Source: an uncultured Gammaproteobacteria bacterium (lineage in GTDB: Bacteria; Patescibacteriota; Patescibacteriia; Patescibacteriales; GWC2-42-12). Taken from it: a DNA stretch of 64,000 bases. The translations under genes and the position numbers were made by a program. The stretch is from the NCBI GenBank assembly GCA_964560005.1, contig CAZLKB010000003.1, positions 40,712-104,711 on the forward strand. The letters are read 5' to 3'. Shown here piece after piece: positions 46,641 to 55,772 of the stretch (its first letter is position 1; each line of letters begins with the position of its first letter). The notes under the pieces are model-generated. The model ran no database searches. It saw only the letters and a list, made by a program, of their open reading frames with translations, and had not been told where the DNA came from.

Positions 46641-48107
46641 TTACTTTCTCACCAGATTCTCCCCCACTCTAAAAATATCGCCCGCGCCCATTAAGACCAC
46701 GACATCATTTCTCTCAATCTGCTCGCGCAAATATTTTTCGCATTCCACTAAAGTCGGTATATATCTTACCTCTTGGTTGACGCCCAGAGATTTATTTCTA
46801 GCGATAATATTTTCCACTAATTCGCGCGCCTCAACCCCGCCCTGCCCGCCTCGACTCGCACGCTCGTCGGGCGAGGCGGGCTTCTCCCGCGCCGAACCGT
46901 AAATATCCAAAATAATTAATTCGTCAACCTGATCAAAGCTTTTCACGAAATCTTGAAACAAAGCCTTGGTGCGGCTGAAAGTGTGCGGGTGAAAAGCCAC
47001 GACCAGCCTGCGCACGCCGTATTTTTGCCGTATCGCGCTTACGGCGGCTTTTATTTCCGTAGGGTGGTGGGCATAATCGTCAATTACAGTGGCTCCGCGA
47101 AATTCGCCTAGCACTTGCATTCTCCGCTCCGTGCCGGTGAATTCTTCCAAATATTTTCTAATTTTAAAAAGTTCAATATTCAACTCAATACTGACCGCGA
47201 TCACGGCCAAAGCATTTAAAATATTGTGCTTACCGGCCAGTTGAATGGAAAAATCGCCTAATTCATCCCCCCTGATAAGGGGGGCCTCTCCATTTTCATC
47301 CTCCACGCCCAGTTTAACTTTAAAATACTGTTTTCCCTGATCAGCTCTAATATCATAAGCCACATAATCCGCCGCCTCGTCAATAGCATAGGTTATTACC
47401 TTGCCTTTGCAGTTTACCTGGGCGGTTTTTCTGATCACGGGATCGTCAATATTCGCCACCAAGAAACCTCTGGCAGGAATTTTTTTTATAAATTCTGTAA
47501 AAACATTTTCATAATCCGCTTCGGTTGGAAAAAAATCAGGATGATCATAATCAATATTATTTAAAATCACGGCTTTAGGCTGATAATACTGCAGCTTGTT
47601 CTGATATTCATCCGCTTCTATTATTAAATATTCAGAGCCTCCGGTTAAAGAACAGCCGTCTAACTGCGGTACGCGCGCTCCTACCATAACGCTAGGCTCC
47701 AGGCCTGATTTTTCCATAACATACCCGAGCCACGCCGTCGTTGTAGTTTTGCCGTGAGAACCGACCACCGCAATGCCGTATTTTTGATTAAACACCTCGC
47801 CTAAAGCTTGGGCATAAGTCAAAGTTTTAATTTTTCCAGTTAAAGCCGCGGCCACTTCAATATTGGTATCGGGAGTATAGGCGGTGGAATGTATTATTAA
47901 ATCTGTGTCAGCGGGTATATTCATCGCATCAAACTTTTCAATAACTTTTATGCCGCATTTTTTTAACACCGCGTCGGTCATGTACTTTTCCTGCCCATCG
48001 GAGCCGCTGACTTCCATTCCTCGCGCGCTTAAATACTGAGCCAGCATGGTCATGCCTACGCCTTTTATGCCAATCATGTAAATTTTTTTAATTTTGGTTA
48101 AATCCAT
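46641..48107 (-). CDS. murC: UDP-N-acetylmuramate--L-alanine ligase MurC with an in-frame GC-rich insertion
   Basis: IGIKGVGMTMLAQYLSARGMEVSGSD N-terminus, GSHGKTTTT P-loop and Mur ligase C-domain. The ASPDERASRGGQGG segment is encoded by the palindrome at 46845-46882. Confidence 0.85.
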   Translation of the reverse strand: MDLTKIKKIYMIGIKGVGMTMLAQYLSARGMEVSGSDGQEKYMTDAVLKKCGIKVIEKFDAMNIPADTDLIIHSTAYTPDTNIEVAAALTGKIKTLTYAQALGEVFNQKYGIAVVGSHGKTTTTAWLGYVMEKSGLEPSVMVGARVPQLDGCSLTGGSEYLIIEADEYQNKLQYYQPKAVILNNIDYDHPDFFPTEADYENVFTEFIKKIPARGFLVANIDDPVIRKTAQVNCKGKVITYAIDEAADYVAYDIRADQGKQYFKVKLGVEDENGEAPLIRGDELGDFSIQLAGKHNILNALAVIAVSIELNIELFKIRKYLEEFTGTERRMQVLGEFRGATVIDDYAHHPTEIKAAVSAIRQKYGVRRLVVAFHPHTFSRTKALFQDFVKSFDQVDELIILDIYGSAREKPASPDERASRGGQGGVEARELVENIIARNKSLGVNQEVRYIPTLVECEKYLREQIERNDVVVLMGAGDIFRVGENLVRK

Positions 48108-48325
48108 AATAATATTAACACCTTAATTGACTTGCTTTTAATTTTAAATGCGAGCATAGAAAAATTTAGGATTAGATTTGGCCTAAAATTTACTTACAAA
48201 CATTTTCCTTTAGTTGTTTCTGATGAAAATTTTGTTGGAAATTTTAGGCCAAATCCCTAAATTTTTCTCCAGCGAGCGACTTTTTGGTTACTTTTTCTAG
48301 AAAAAGTAACCCCAGCGGAGCGTTC

Positions 48326-49099
48326 TTATTTTACTCCGCAATGATCGCAGTCATCAAAATCAATTTTCGGAATCACGCTTAATAAAAGTTTTAAAACATT
48401 GCTGGAGTTATCTTTCATCACCTGCATGATCGCCTGCCAGGTAACACCCTCTTCGCCTTCCCGCCAGGCATCATAGTCGGTTGCCATCGCCACGCTGGCA
48501 TAACAAATACCCAGTTCTCGGGCCAGAATTACTTCGGGTACGGTTGACATGTTTATTATGTCTGCTCCCATTTGCTTAAAAAAGCGGCTTTCCGCCCGGG
48601 TAGAAAATCTCGGCCCTTCAATGGTAATCACTGTTCCGGTTTGGTGATATGAAAGACCCAGCCCCCCGGCTGATTCAATCAAAATCTGCCGCAAACCTGG
48701 GCAAAAAGGATCGGCCATGGCGGTATGCACTACTTTGTCCTCAAAAAAAGTCAGGTTGCGGTGTTTGGTAAAATCTATAAACTGATCCAAAATTATAAAA
48801 TCCCGAGGCTTAATATCCTCCCTGAGAGACCCGCAGGCCGTAGTGGCTAAAATATGCGTGCAGCCGATTTCCTTTAAAGCCCAAATATTGGCTCGATAAG
48901 GCACCTTGGTCGGCATAATAGTGTGGTTTAGCCCGTGCCGCGCCAATACTACAACATCAACGCCGTTTATCTCCCCGCTAATTAATGGCGCCGAGGTGGC
49001 GCCGAACGGCGTTTCTACTTTTTTTTCTTTAGCCTTTTTTATGATTTCCGGGTTATCAATCCCGCTGCCGCCGATAATAGCGATTTTGATTTTACCCAT
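48326..49099 (-). CDS. mtnP: S-methyl-5'-thioadenosine phosphorylase / purine nucleoside phosphorylase
   Basis: MGKIKIAIIGGSG..., GADIINMSTVPEV, PNP/MTAP family. The ORF-track N-terminal extension to 49204 is judged spurious because it runs through an inverted repeat. Confidence 0.85.
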   Translation of the reverse strand: MGKIKIAIIGGSGIDNPEIIKKAKEKKVETPFGATSAPLISGEINGVDVVVLARHGLNHTIMPTKVPYRANIWALKEIGCTHILATTACGSLREDIKPRDFIILDQFIDFTKHRNLTFFEDKVVHTAMADPFCPGLRQILIESAGGLGLSYHQTGTVITIEGPRFSTRAESRFFKQMGADIINMSTVPEVILARELGICYASVAMATDYDAWREGEEGVTWQAIMQVMKDNSSNVLKLLLSVIPKIDFDDCDHCGVK

Positions 49100-49248
49100 A
49101 TATTTTTCTATAATTATACTTAAATTTACCCACAAATCTACAAATCGGCTACGAATACTACAAATATTTATTCGCGGCATTCGCATATATTTGCAGATTA
49201 GCATTATATCATTCGTAATATTTGTAGCCGATTTGTAGATTTGTGGGA

Positions 49249-49776
49249 TTATTCCGATTCATACTCCACCAAACTTCTCACCTCAATCCCCTGCTCTTTA
49301 ATTTTTTTTGACCCGCCTAAAAACGGCAAATCAATCAAAAAGCTTACTCCTAAAATATCTCCGCCCAGCCTTTCTATTAAATCGCAAGCGGCCAAGGCCG
49401 TGCCGCCGGTAGCGCACAAGTCGTCAATTAAAATAATGCTTTCGCCCGGCTTAATGGCATCATCATGAATTGCCACTATATTAGAATCATACTCATAGGT
49501 GTACTCCTTTTCTATCGTTTTGGAAGGCAACTTGCCCTTTTTACGAACAATAGCCAGCCCGGCGCCTAATTTATATGCAATCGGCGCGGCCAAAAGGAAA
49601 CCGCGTGCGTCTATACCAACCACTTTATCAATTTTTTGCCCAGCGTACGGTGCGGCTAATTGATCAACCGCCTGCCTGAAAGCCTGACCGTCTTCCAGTA
49701 AAGTCGTAATATCTTTAAAATTAATTCCCGGCTTCGGCCAATCCGATATTTCCCTGATTTTAGATTTTATATCCAT
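49249..49776 (-). CDS. apt: Adenine phosphoribosyltransferase
   Basis: PRPP-binding motif ILLIDDLCATGGT. Confidence 0.9.
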   Translation of the reverse strand: MDIKSKIREISDWPKPGINFKDITTLLEDGQAFRQAVDQLAAPYAGQKIDKVVGIDARGFLLAAPIAYKLGAGLAIVRKKGKLPSKTIEKEYTYEYDSNIVAIHDDAIKPGESIILIDDLCATGGTALAACDLIERLGGDILGVSFLIDLPFLGGSKKIKEQGIEVRSLVEYESE

Positions 49777-49793
49777 AAAATTCCATTAATAAT

Positions 49794-50927
49794 TTATTCC
49801 AACATTTTCAAAATAATTCTTACCATATCCCGGTTCGCTCCTTCCTTTATCACCCGCCCCATCTTTTCTCCCAGCTTTTTCTGCAAGTCTTTATTATTAA
49901 TCAAATTTTTTATCTCCGTAACAAATATTTCAGAGGTTAAGTCTTTCTGTTCTAACACTATGGCCGCGCCTTTAAACATAGCCGCATTCTCTTCCTGGTG
50001 CGACTCCGGCATGGGGATAATTATGGCCGGCTTTTTTAAATATGACAATTCGGATAAAACTCCCAGCCCGGCGCGCGTCACGACTACTTCGGCTAATTTA
50101 AGCGCCTTTGCCATTTGCTCCGTTTCTAAAAATTCGTATTGCGCGTAATTTTTTATCTCTAATCTCTCATCTCTACTCTCCTTACCTTTTCCTGTAACAT
50201 GAATAATCTGGCAAATCTTGGTCAACTCCCCAAAGCTCTGTTCCACTAACCGGTTAATTGCCATCGCTCCTGTTCCCCCGCCAACGATTAAGACAACGGG
50301 CAAACTTTTGTCTATTTTATTAAATTGAAAATTGAAAATTGAAAATTGAAAATTTTTCCTAATGGGGTTTCCGGTCCAAACCGCTTTTTTGCCGTAGTCA
50401 CGCATTGATTTTTCAAAAGTTACGGTTATAATCTTAGCAAAAGGCGCCATTAATTTATTGGCCAAGCCTGGCCGGACATCTTGCTGATGGATTAAAACCG
50501 GTACGCGCAAAAGCCAGGCCGCCCAAACCACCGGCACACTGACGAAACTACCCGCGCTCATCACCATGTCCGGCCGCCACTTTAGCATTATGAAAAGAGC
50601 TTGAAAAAAACCTAGTTTAATTTTAAAAATATCCACTAAATTATTTAAAGAAAAATACCGGCGCCATTTTCCGCCGCTAATCGCCTTGAATTTTATTCCT
50701 TCTTTTTCCACCATTACTTTCTCCACTCCGAATTTAGTGCCCAGCCATAAAAATTCGTAACCCCCCGCGCCCTCTCTTCTGCCCCCTTGATAAAGAGCCT
50801 GTCCCGCACTTGATGCGGGAGGGTTAGGGGGATTTTTCATTTCATCATAAATAGCCAAGAGCGGCGCCACCGACCCACCCGTACCGCCTCCGGAAAAAAG
50901 AATTTTGTAAGTTTTTTCATTATTCAT
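49794..50927 (-). CDS. murG: UDP-GlcNAc:lipid I GlcNAc transferase MurG with two repeat-encoded segments
   Basis: GGTGGSVAPLLA N-terminus, GT28 N and C domains. The PPNPPASSAGQALYQGGRREGAGG insertion (GC-rich element 50761-50835) and the NFQFSIFNFQF interdomain linker ((AATTTTC)n, 50324-50355) are both in frame. Confidence 0.9.
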   Translation of the reverse strand: MNNEKTYKILFSGGGTGGSVAPLLAIYDEMKNPPNPPASSAGQALYQGGRREGAGGYEFLWLGTKFGVEKVMVEKEGIKFKAISGGKWRRYFSLNNLVDIFKIKLGFFQALFIMLKWRPDMVMSAGSFVSVPVVWAAWLLRVPVLIHQQDVRPGLANKLMAPFAKIITVTFEKSMRDYGKKAVWTGNPIRKNFQFSIFNFQFNKIDKSLPVVLIVGGGTGAMAINRLVEQSFGELTKICQIIHVTGKGKESRDERLEIKNYAQYEFLETEQMAKALKLAEVVVTRAGLGVLSELSYLKKPAIIIPMPESHQEENAAMFKGAAIVLEQKDLTSEIFVTEIKNLINNKDLQKKLGEKMGRVIKEGANRDMVRIILKMLE

Positions 50928-50937
50928 AATTCATGTT

Positions 50938-52107
50938 TCATGACTTCATCTGCTTACTAATATTCGCCAATATTCCGATAGAGGCTAGGGCTGCCAGCAT
51001 GGCCGATCCGCCGTAGCTGACCATCGGGAGCGGCACGCCGGTCATAGGCATAATATTAACCATGCCGCCGATATTTATCAAGGCTTGGATTGTGATCCAA
51101 GAAACAATGCCCACAGCTAAAATCTTGCCGAAATCGTCAGGCGCTCGTTTAGCGATAATCACGCCTCTGGAAAACAATGCCAAAAATAATAAAATTAAGC
51201 CGGTAGAAAAAATAAAACCGGTCTCCTCGCTGATAATTGGAAAAATGGCGTCGTTCTGCGCCTGCGGCAGGTAGGAAAATTTTTGTCTGGAAGCGCCCAG
51301 TCCCCGGCCCCAAAAACCGCCGGAACCGACCGCGATCAAGGATTGATTAACTTGATAACAAATTTCTTGTTTGGAAAAAGACGGATTCAGCATACATTTA
51401 AACCGGTTGGCCTGATAAGGGTAAATATTGGTCATGATGGTTAACCCGGCCAATCCCAATAAAATCAAAGCTACCAAGTGCTTGATACTGCCGCCGCCGA
51501 TAAAATAAACTATCAGCGACGCCAAGGCGATTATTGTCAATGTTCCCATATCCGGCTGAAGTATCATCAACAGAGCGATTACACCTAAAATAACCACGAA
51601 CGGGCCGATGCCTTCAGAAAAATCGGCTAATTTCTTTTTCCTGCCCTCCAGCCAGGCGGCCAGATAAATTAAAAAGGTTATTTTTACAAATTCGGACGGC
51701 TGTAAAGAATAGCCGAAAACATTTATCCAGCTTCGGGAAGTCCCCCAGGTACCGGCGAGCCCGGGGATGAAAACTAAAAGAAGCAGACCGATTGAAGCGA
51801 CCAGCATCAACAGCCCGTATTTTTGCCAAAAATGATAATCAACTTTTGAAAAAAACCAAAAGGCGCAAAGACCCAATATCAAGCCGAAGAGCTGATGTTT
51901 TACCAAGTAATAACTATCGTCATAGGTATTATAGGCTATAACCGACGAAGCGCTAGAAAGCATAATGATGCCGAAAACAATAATAACTCCGACGATAACC
52001 AGCAGTTTTTTATCCGATTCGCCGTATTTATCGCTGGAACTTAATATTCTTTTAAACCAATTAATCGCCGATGTCATATCAAAAAATGTAAAATATAAAT
52101 TTCGCAT
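50938..52107 (-). CDS. ftsW: SEDS family peptidoglycan glycosyltransferase FtsW/RodA
   Basis: Ten-TM SEDS pattern with the conserved PQAQNDAIFPIISEETGF and MPMTGVPLPMVSYGGS motifs. Position between mraY and murG. Confidence 0.85.
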   Translation of the reverse strand: MRNLYFTFFDMTSAINWFKRILSSSDKYGESDKKLLVIVGVIIVFGIIMLSSASSVIAYNTYDDSYYLVKHQLFGLILGLCAFWFFSKVDYHFWQKYGLLMLVASIGLLLLVFIPGLAGTWGTSRSWINVFGYSLQPSEFVKITFLIYLAAWLEGRKKKLADFSEGIGPFVVILGVIALLMILQPDMGTLTIIALASLIVYFIGGGSIKHLVALILLGLAGLTIMTNIYPYQANRFKCMLNPSFSKQEICYQVNQSLIAVGSGGFWGRGLGASRQKFSYLPQAQNDAIFPIISEETGFIFSTGLILLFLALFSRGVIIAKRAPDDFGKILAVGIVSWITIQALINIGGMVNIMPMTGVPLPMVSYGGSAMLAALASIGILANISKQMKS

Positions 52108-52243
52108 TAATTTTCAAATCACAATTTCCAATTTTCAATGAATTTACAATGATTAAATTTTCAAACGAAAAAATTTTTCATTGTAAATTAATCCATTGAA
52201 ATTTCATTGAAAATTGGCGCTTGAAAATTGAAAATTATTCTAT

Positions 52244-53293
52244 TTACAGGTGTCTATCCAATAAAAACACAATCAAGCCGATAGCCGCGCTGATGCCGGC
52301 GATTACCCAAAAACGCATGACGATTTTTGCTTCCGGCCAGCCGATGGCCTCAAAATGATGATGAATCGGCGAAGAAATAAATATTTTTTTGCCTCTGATT
52401 TTTTTAGATAGCTGCTGTAAGATAAAAGACAGCGACTCAATGACAAAAACCAAGCCGATGATCGGCAAAATCAAAGCTGAATTGGTCAGCATGGCGATTA
52501 CTCCCAAAGTTATGCCCAGGCTCATGGCTCCGGTATCACCCATAAAGAAACGCGCCGGCGTAATATTAAACCATAAAAAAGCCAACAGCGCTCCGACAAT
52601 AACGCCGCAGAAAGTGGCTAAATCATATTTGCCAGTTGAAAAAGCGATCACGCCGAAAGCGGCAAAGCATAAAAGCAAGACGCCGCCCGCCAAGCCGTCT
52701 AAACCGTCGGTTTCATTGACCGAAAAGGCGGTGGAAACCAAGACCAGGATAAAAATTAAAATATACGGCCAGCCTAATTGAAAATCTCCCATAAAGGGCA
52801 CATGAAAAATATCCCAATCCAATTTAAAGTAAAACCACCAGGCGCCAATGGCGGCAATAATCGTGTAAATCATCAAACGATGCTTAATCCTTAAGCCGCC
52901 GCCGCCTAAAATACCCTTGCCTTTAATATCCAGCCAGTCATCAAACAGGCCGATCAAGGCCGTGGCCACTAAGACACCCAACGGCAAGAGCGTCTGGCTC
53001 CTGGATAAAAAATTTAATTGTTTAAAAATATCAAAAGGTAAAAAATTGGCTAAATAATAAAATAGCAAAGCAAAGATCAATACCGTCAGCCAGACTAATA
53101 TACCGCCCATGGTCGGCGTACCGCTCTTATGGGCATGCAATTTCGTATAAACCGGGGTGCTGCCGCTGGCTCTAATCTGCTTGCCCATTTTATATTTATA
53201 TAAATAATGGGTTAAGAGCGGCGTCCAAAGCAGGGCGAAAATAAAGGCCGAGGCCGAAAGCAGTAAAATTTTAATGATGTAAAAATCAAACAT
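52244..53293 (-). CDS. mraY: Phospho-N-acetylmuramoyl-pentapeptide transferase MraY
   Basis: KSGTPTMGG, NETDGLDGLAGG and HHHFE motifs. Confidence 0.95.
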   Translation of the reverse strand: MFDFYIIKILLLSASAFIFALLWTPLLTHYLYKYKMGKQIRASGSTPVYTKLHAHKSGTPTMGGILVWLTVLIFALLFYYLANFLPFDIFKQLNFLSRSQTLLPLGVLVATALIGLFDDWLDIKGKGILGGGGLRIKHRLMIYTIIAAIGAWWFYFKLDWDIFHVPFMGDFQLGWPYILIFILVLVSTAFSVNETDGLDGLAGGVLLLCFAAFGVIAFSTGKYDLATFCGVIVGALLAFLWFNITPARFFMGDTGAMSLGITLGVIAMLTNSALILPIIGLVFVIESLSFILQQLSKKIRGKKIFISSPIHHHFEAIGWPEAKIVMRFWVIAGISAAIGLIVFLLDRHL

Positions 53294-53398
53294 ATTAACG
53301 CGAATTAATAACGAATTAAATGCGAATTATCACGAATTTTATATAATTATAATTTTTTTATCACCTATAATTCGCTTTGAATTCGCGATCTATTCGCT

Positions 53399-53812
53399 TT
53401 ACCTGAAATTAATTAAATAAATAGAAACCGTACTGGCAATTAAAAATAAATTTATAAGCAAAGAAGATCCGAGAATCAAATGAACTAACAATTTGCTTTT
53501 CCGGTAAGTATTCAGCAATAAAAGAAAATTTAATATAATAAAAGACAGGCCCAGGGCGGGTATGATATAAATATTAGCAACATTGCCGATTAAATTTACG
53601 CCCAAGTTCACATTATAATGCAAAACTACCAAGTTCTGACTGACATTTCTGTTTACATAATAGACGAATAGCCAGTTGGCGATATTTAAAACGAACAGCA
53701 ATATAAGATATAAGCGCACAGCCTTAAGGCTGATCAAAGATAAAACAGACTCGGCCAGCTTGTCGCGGCCGAAATTAAAATGGCTCAATAGCTTATTCCA
53801 ATCAATCACCAT
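53399..53812 (-). CDS. Hypothetical integral membrane protein (137 aa)
   Basis: Four hydrophobic helices; no family recognised. Confidence 0.4.
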   Translation of the reverse strand: MVIDWNKLLSHFNFGRDKLAESVLSLISLKAVRLYLILLFVLNIANWLFVYYVNRNVSQNLVVLHYNVNLGVNLIGNVANIYIIPALGLSFIILNFLLLLNTYRKSKLLVHLILGSSLLINLFLIASTVSIYLINFR

Positions 53813-53881
53813 GCTTATAATTTAGCACACTTTTCTCATAATTCGCAACCGGCCGCGCTCTTTCCATAAAAAGATAGATTA

Positions 53882-53890
53882 TGGTATAAT
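53882..53890 (+). promoter_or_regulatory. Extended -10 promoter element (TGGTATAAT) upstream of pilB
   Basis: tggtataat sits 31 nt upstream of the pilB ATG. Confidence 0.5.
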
Positions 53891-53921
53891 AAAAACAGTT
53901 ATAATTATAACCAATCATGCC

Positions 53922-55643
53922 ATGCTATCAAACGAACAGCTAAAAAAAATTCTGGCGCACGCCGAGATAATGCCGGCGGCGACTTTTGAAAAATTTATTA
54001 AAGAAGCGCGGCAAAACGGAAAAAAAGTAGAAAACTACCTGATTGAGAAAAAAATCATTACCTCCAACTCATTATACGAAAATGCGGCGAATTTTCTAAA
54101 AGTGCCGTTTATTGATTTGAAAAATTTAACCATCAGAAAAGATATTCTGTTCAATATCCCCGAGCCGATCGCCTCAACGCAGCAGATAATCGCTTTCGCG
54201 GCCGATGACAAGGAAATTAAAATCGCTTGCTTAGACCCGGAAAATATTGAAATTTTTGAATTCATTAAGAAAAAAACCAATCTTGAGCCGAAAATATATT
54301 TAACCACCCCGGAAAGCTTTGACGAGGCTCTGAAACAATATCATAAAAGCCTAAAAGCTGAATTTAAAGATCTGGCCAGCGAAAATCTTGACACTTCGGA
54401 CGCTAATCTTAAAAAATTAGCCGAAAATCTGCCGATTGTCAGAATCGTTGATACGCTTTTAGAATACGCGATTTTTGAAAACGCCAGCGATATCCATATT
54501 GAACCTGAAGAAAAAGACATTCTGGCCCGCTATCGGATTGACGGGATTTTAAAAACCGTGATGACTCTGCCTAAAAATGTTCAGCCGGGCATTATCGCCA
54601 GAATTAAAATACTGGCCAACCTTAAAGTTGATGAGCATCGCCTGCCGCAAGACGGACGTTTTAAAATCAACGCTAAAGATTACAAGGTGTCATTCAGGGT
54701 TTCTATCATCCCGACTTTTGACGGAGAAAAAATTGTCATGCGCTTATTGAACGAAAAAGCTCAAATATTAACCTTGGAACAGCTCGGCTTCCAGCCCTCA
54801 ACCTTGGACTCAATAAAAAGAAATATTACAAAGCCGCATGGCATGATTTTAGTTACCGGGCCGACCGGCTCCGGCAAAACGACCACTCTTTATACCATCC
54901 TGAATATCTTAAATACGCCGGAAGTCAACATCATCACCATTGAAGATCCGATTGAATACCGCATGCCGCATGTAAACCAATCTCAAGTTAATCCTAAAAT
55001 CGGCTATACTTTCGCCACCGGACTGAGAGCCTTTCTAAGGCAGGATCCCAATATTATTATGGTTGGGGAAATCCGCGATCAAGAAACCGCGGAAATCGCC
55101 GTTCATGCCGCTATGACCGGCCACTTAGTGCTGTCATCACTACATACCAACGACGCTGTAACTACTTTGCCCAGGCTTAGCGATATGGGCATACCCGCTT
55201 TCTTAGTGGCTTCAACAACCAATGTTATAATCGCTCAAAGATTGGTTAGAAAAATCTGCCCCAATTGCATCCAAAGCTATAAATTAGACAAGCAAGTCAT
55301 AGAAGAGCTGAAAAAGCAGCTTGACTTAGTTAATATAATGCAAACGATGGAAAAAAAGAAAATCATCACCGACGCCAAGCGCGGAATTGAATCATTGTTA
55401 TTTTATCGCGGCATCGGCTGCAAGCAATGTTCCAACTCCGGTTATAAAGGCAGAATCGGCATCTATGAGGCCTTGGAAATCACTGATGAACTGTCAGAAC
55501 TGATTTTAAGAAAATCGACGCCTTCGGAACTAAAAAAACAAGCGGAAAAACAAGGCATGCTGACCATTGTGGAAGACGGCTTCATTAAGGCGAAAAACGG
55601 CATTACTACAATTGAGGAGATTATGAGAGTAACCAAGGAATAA
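53922..55643 (+). CDS. pilB: Type IV pilus assembly ATPase PilB (GspE family)
   Basis: N-terminal GSPII_E_N domain, Walker A VTGPTGSGKTTTLY, Asp and His boxes, and a C-terminal tetracysteine motif (CPNC...CKQC). Confidence 0.9.
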   Translation: MLSNEQLKKILAHAEIMPAATFEKFIKEARQNGKKVENYLIEKKIITSNSLYENAANFLKVPFIDLKNLTIRKDILFNIPEPIASTQQIIAFAADDKEIKIACLDPENIEIFEFIKKKTNLEPKIYLTTPESFDEALKQYHKSLKAEFKDLASENLDTSDANLKKLAENLPIVRIVDTLLEYAIFENASDIHIEPEEKDILARYRIDGILKTVMTLPKNVQPGIIARIKILANLKVDEHRLPQDGRFKINAKDYKVSFRVSIIPTFDGEKIVMRLLNEKAQILTLEQLGFQPSTLDSIKRNITKPHGMILVTGPTGSGKTTTLYTILNILNTPEVNIITIEDPIEYRMPHVNQSQVNPKIGYTFATGLRAFLRQDPNIIMVGEIRDQETAEIAVHAAMTGHLVLSSLHTNDAVTTLPRLSDMGIPAFLVASTTNVIIAQRLVRKICPNCIQSYKLDKQVIEELKKQLDLVNIMQTMEKKKIITDAKRGIESLLFYRGIGCKQCSNSGYKGRIGIYEALEITDELSELILRKSTPSELKKQAEKQGMLTIVEDGFIKAKNGITTIEEIMRVTKE

Positions 55644-55772
55644 ATTTTTAATTTCTAATTTTTAATTTTTAAACAATGATTTAATGTCTAAATTTTCAAA
55701 CAAAAATTATAAAGTGTTTTTAATTTTAAAAATTAAAAAATTGAAAATTGTTTGAAAATTAGAAATTGAAAA

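Noticed and set aside
48326-49238. ORF-track N-terminal extension of mtnP (to 49204) and the overlapping plus-strand 110-aa ORF
   Set aside because: The extension crosses a long inverted repeat and the family B motifs. The conserved PNP N-terminus (MGKIKIAIIGGSG) begins at 49099, so the extension and the antisense ORF are treated as artefacts.
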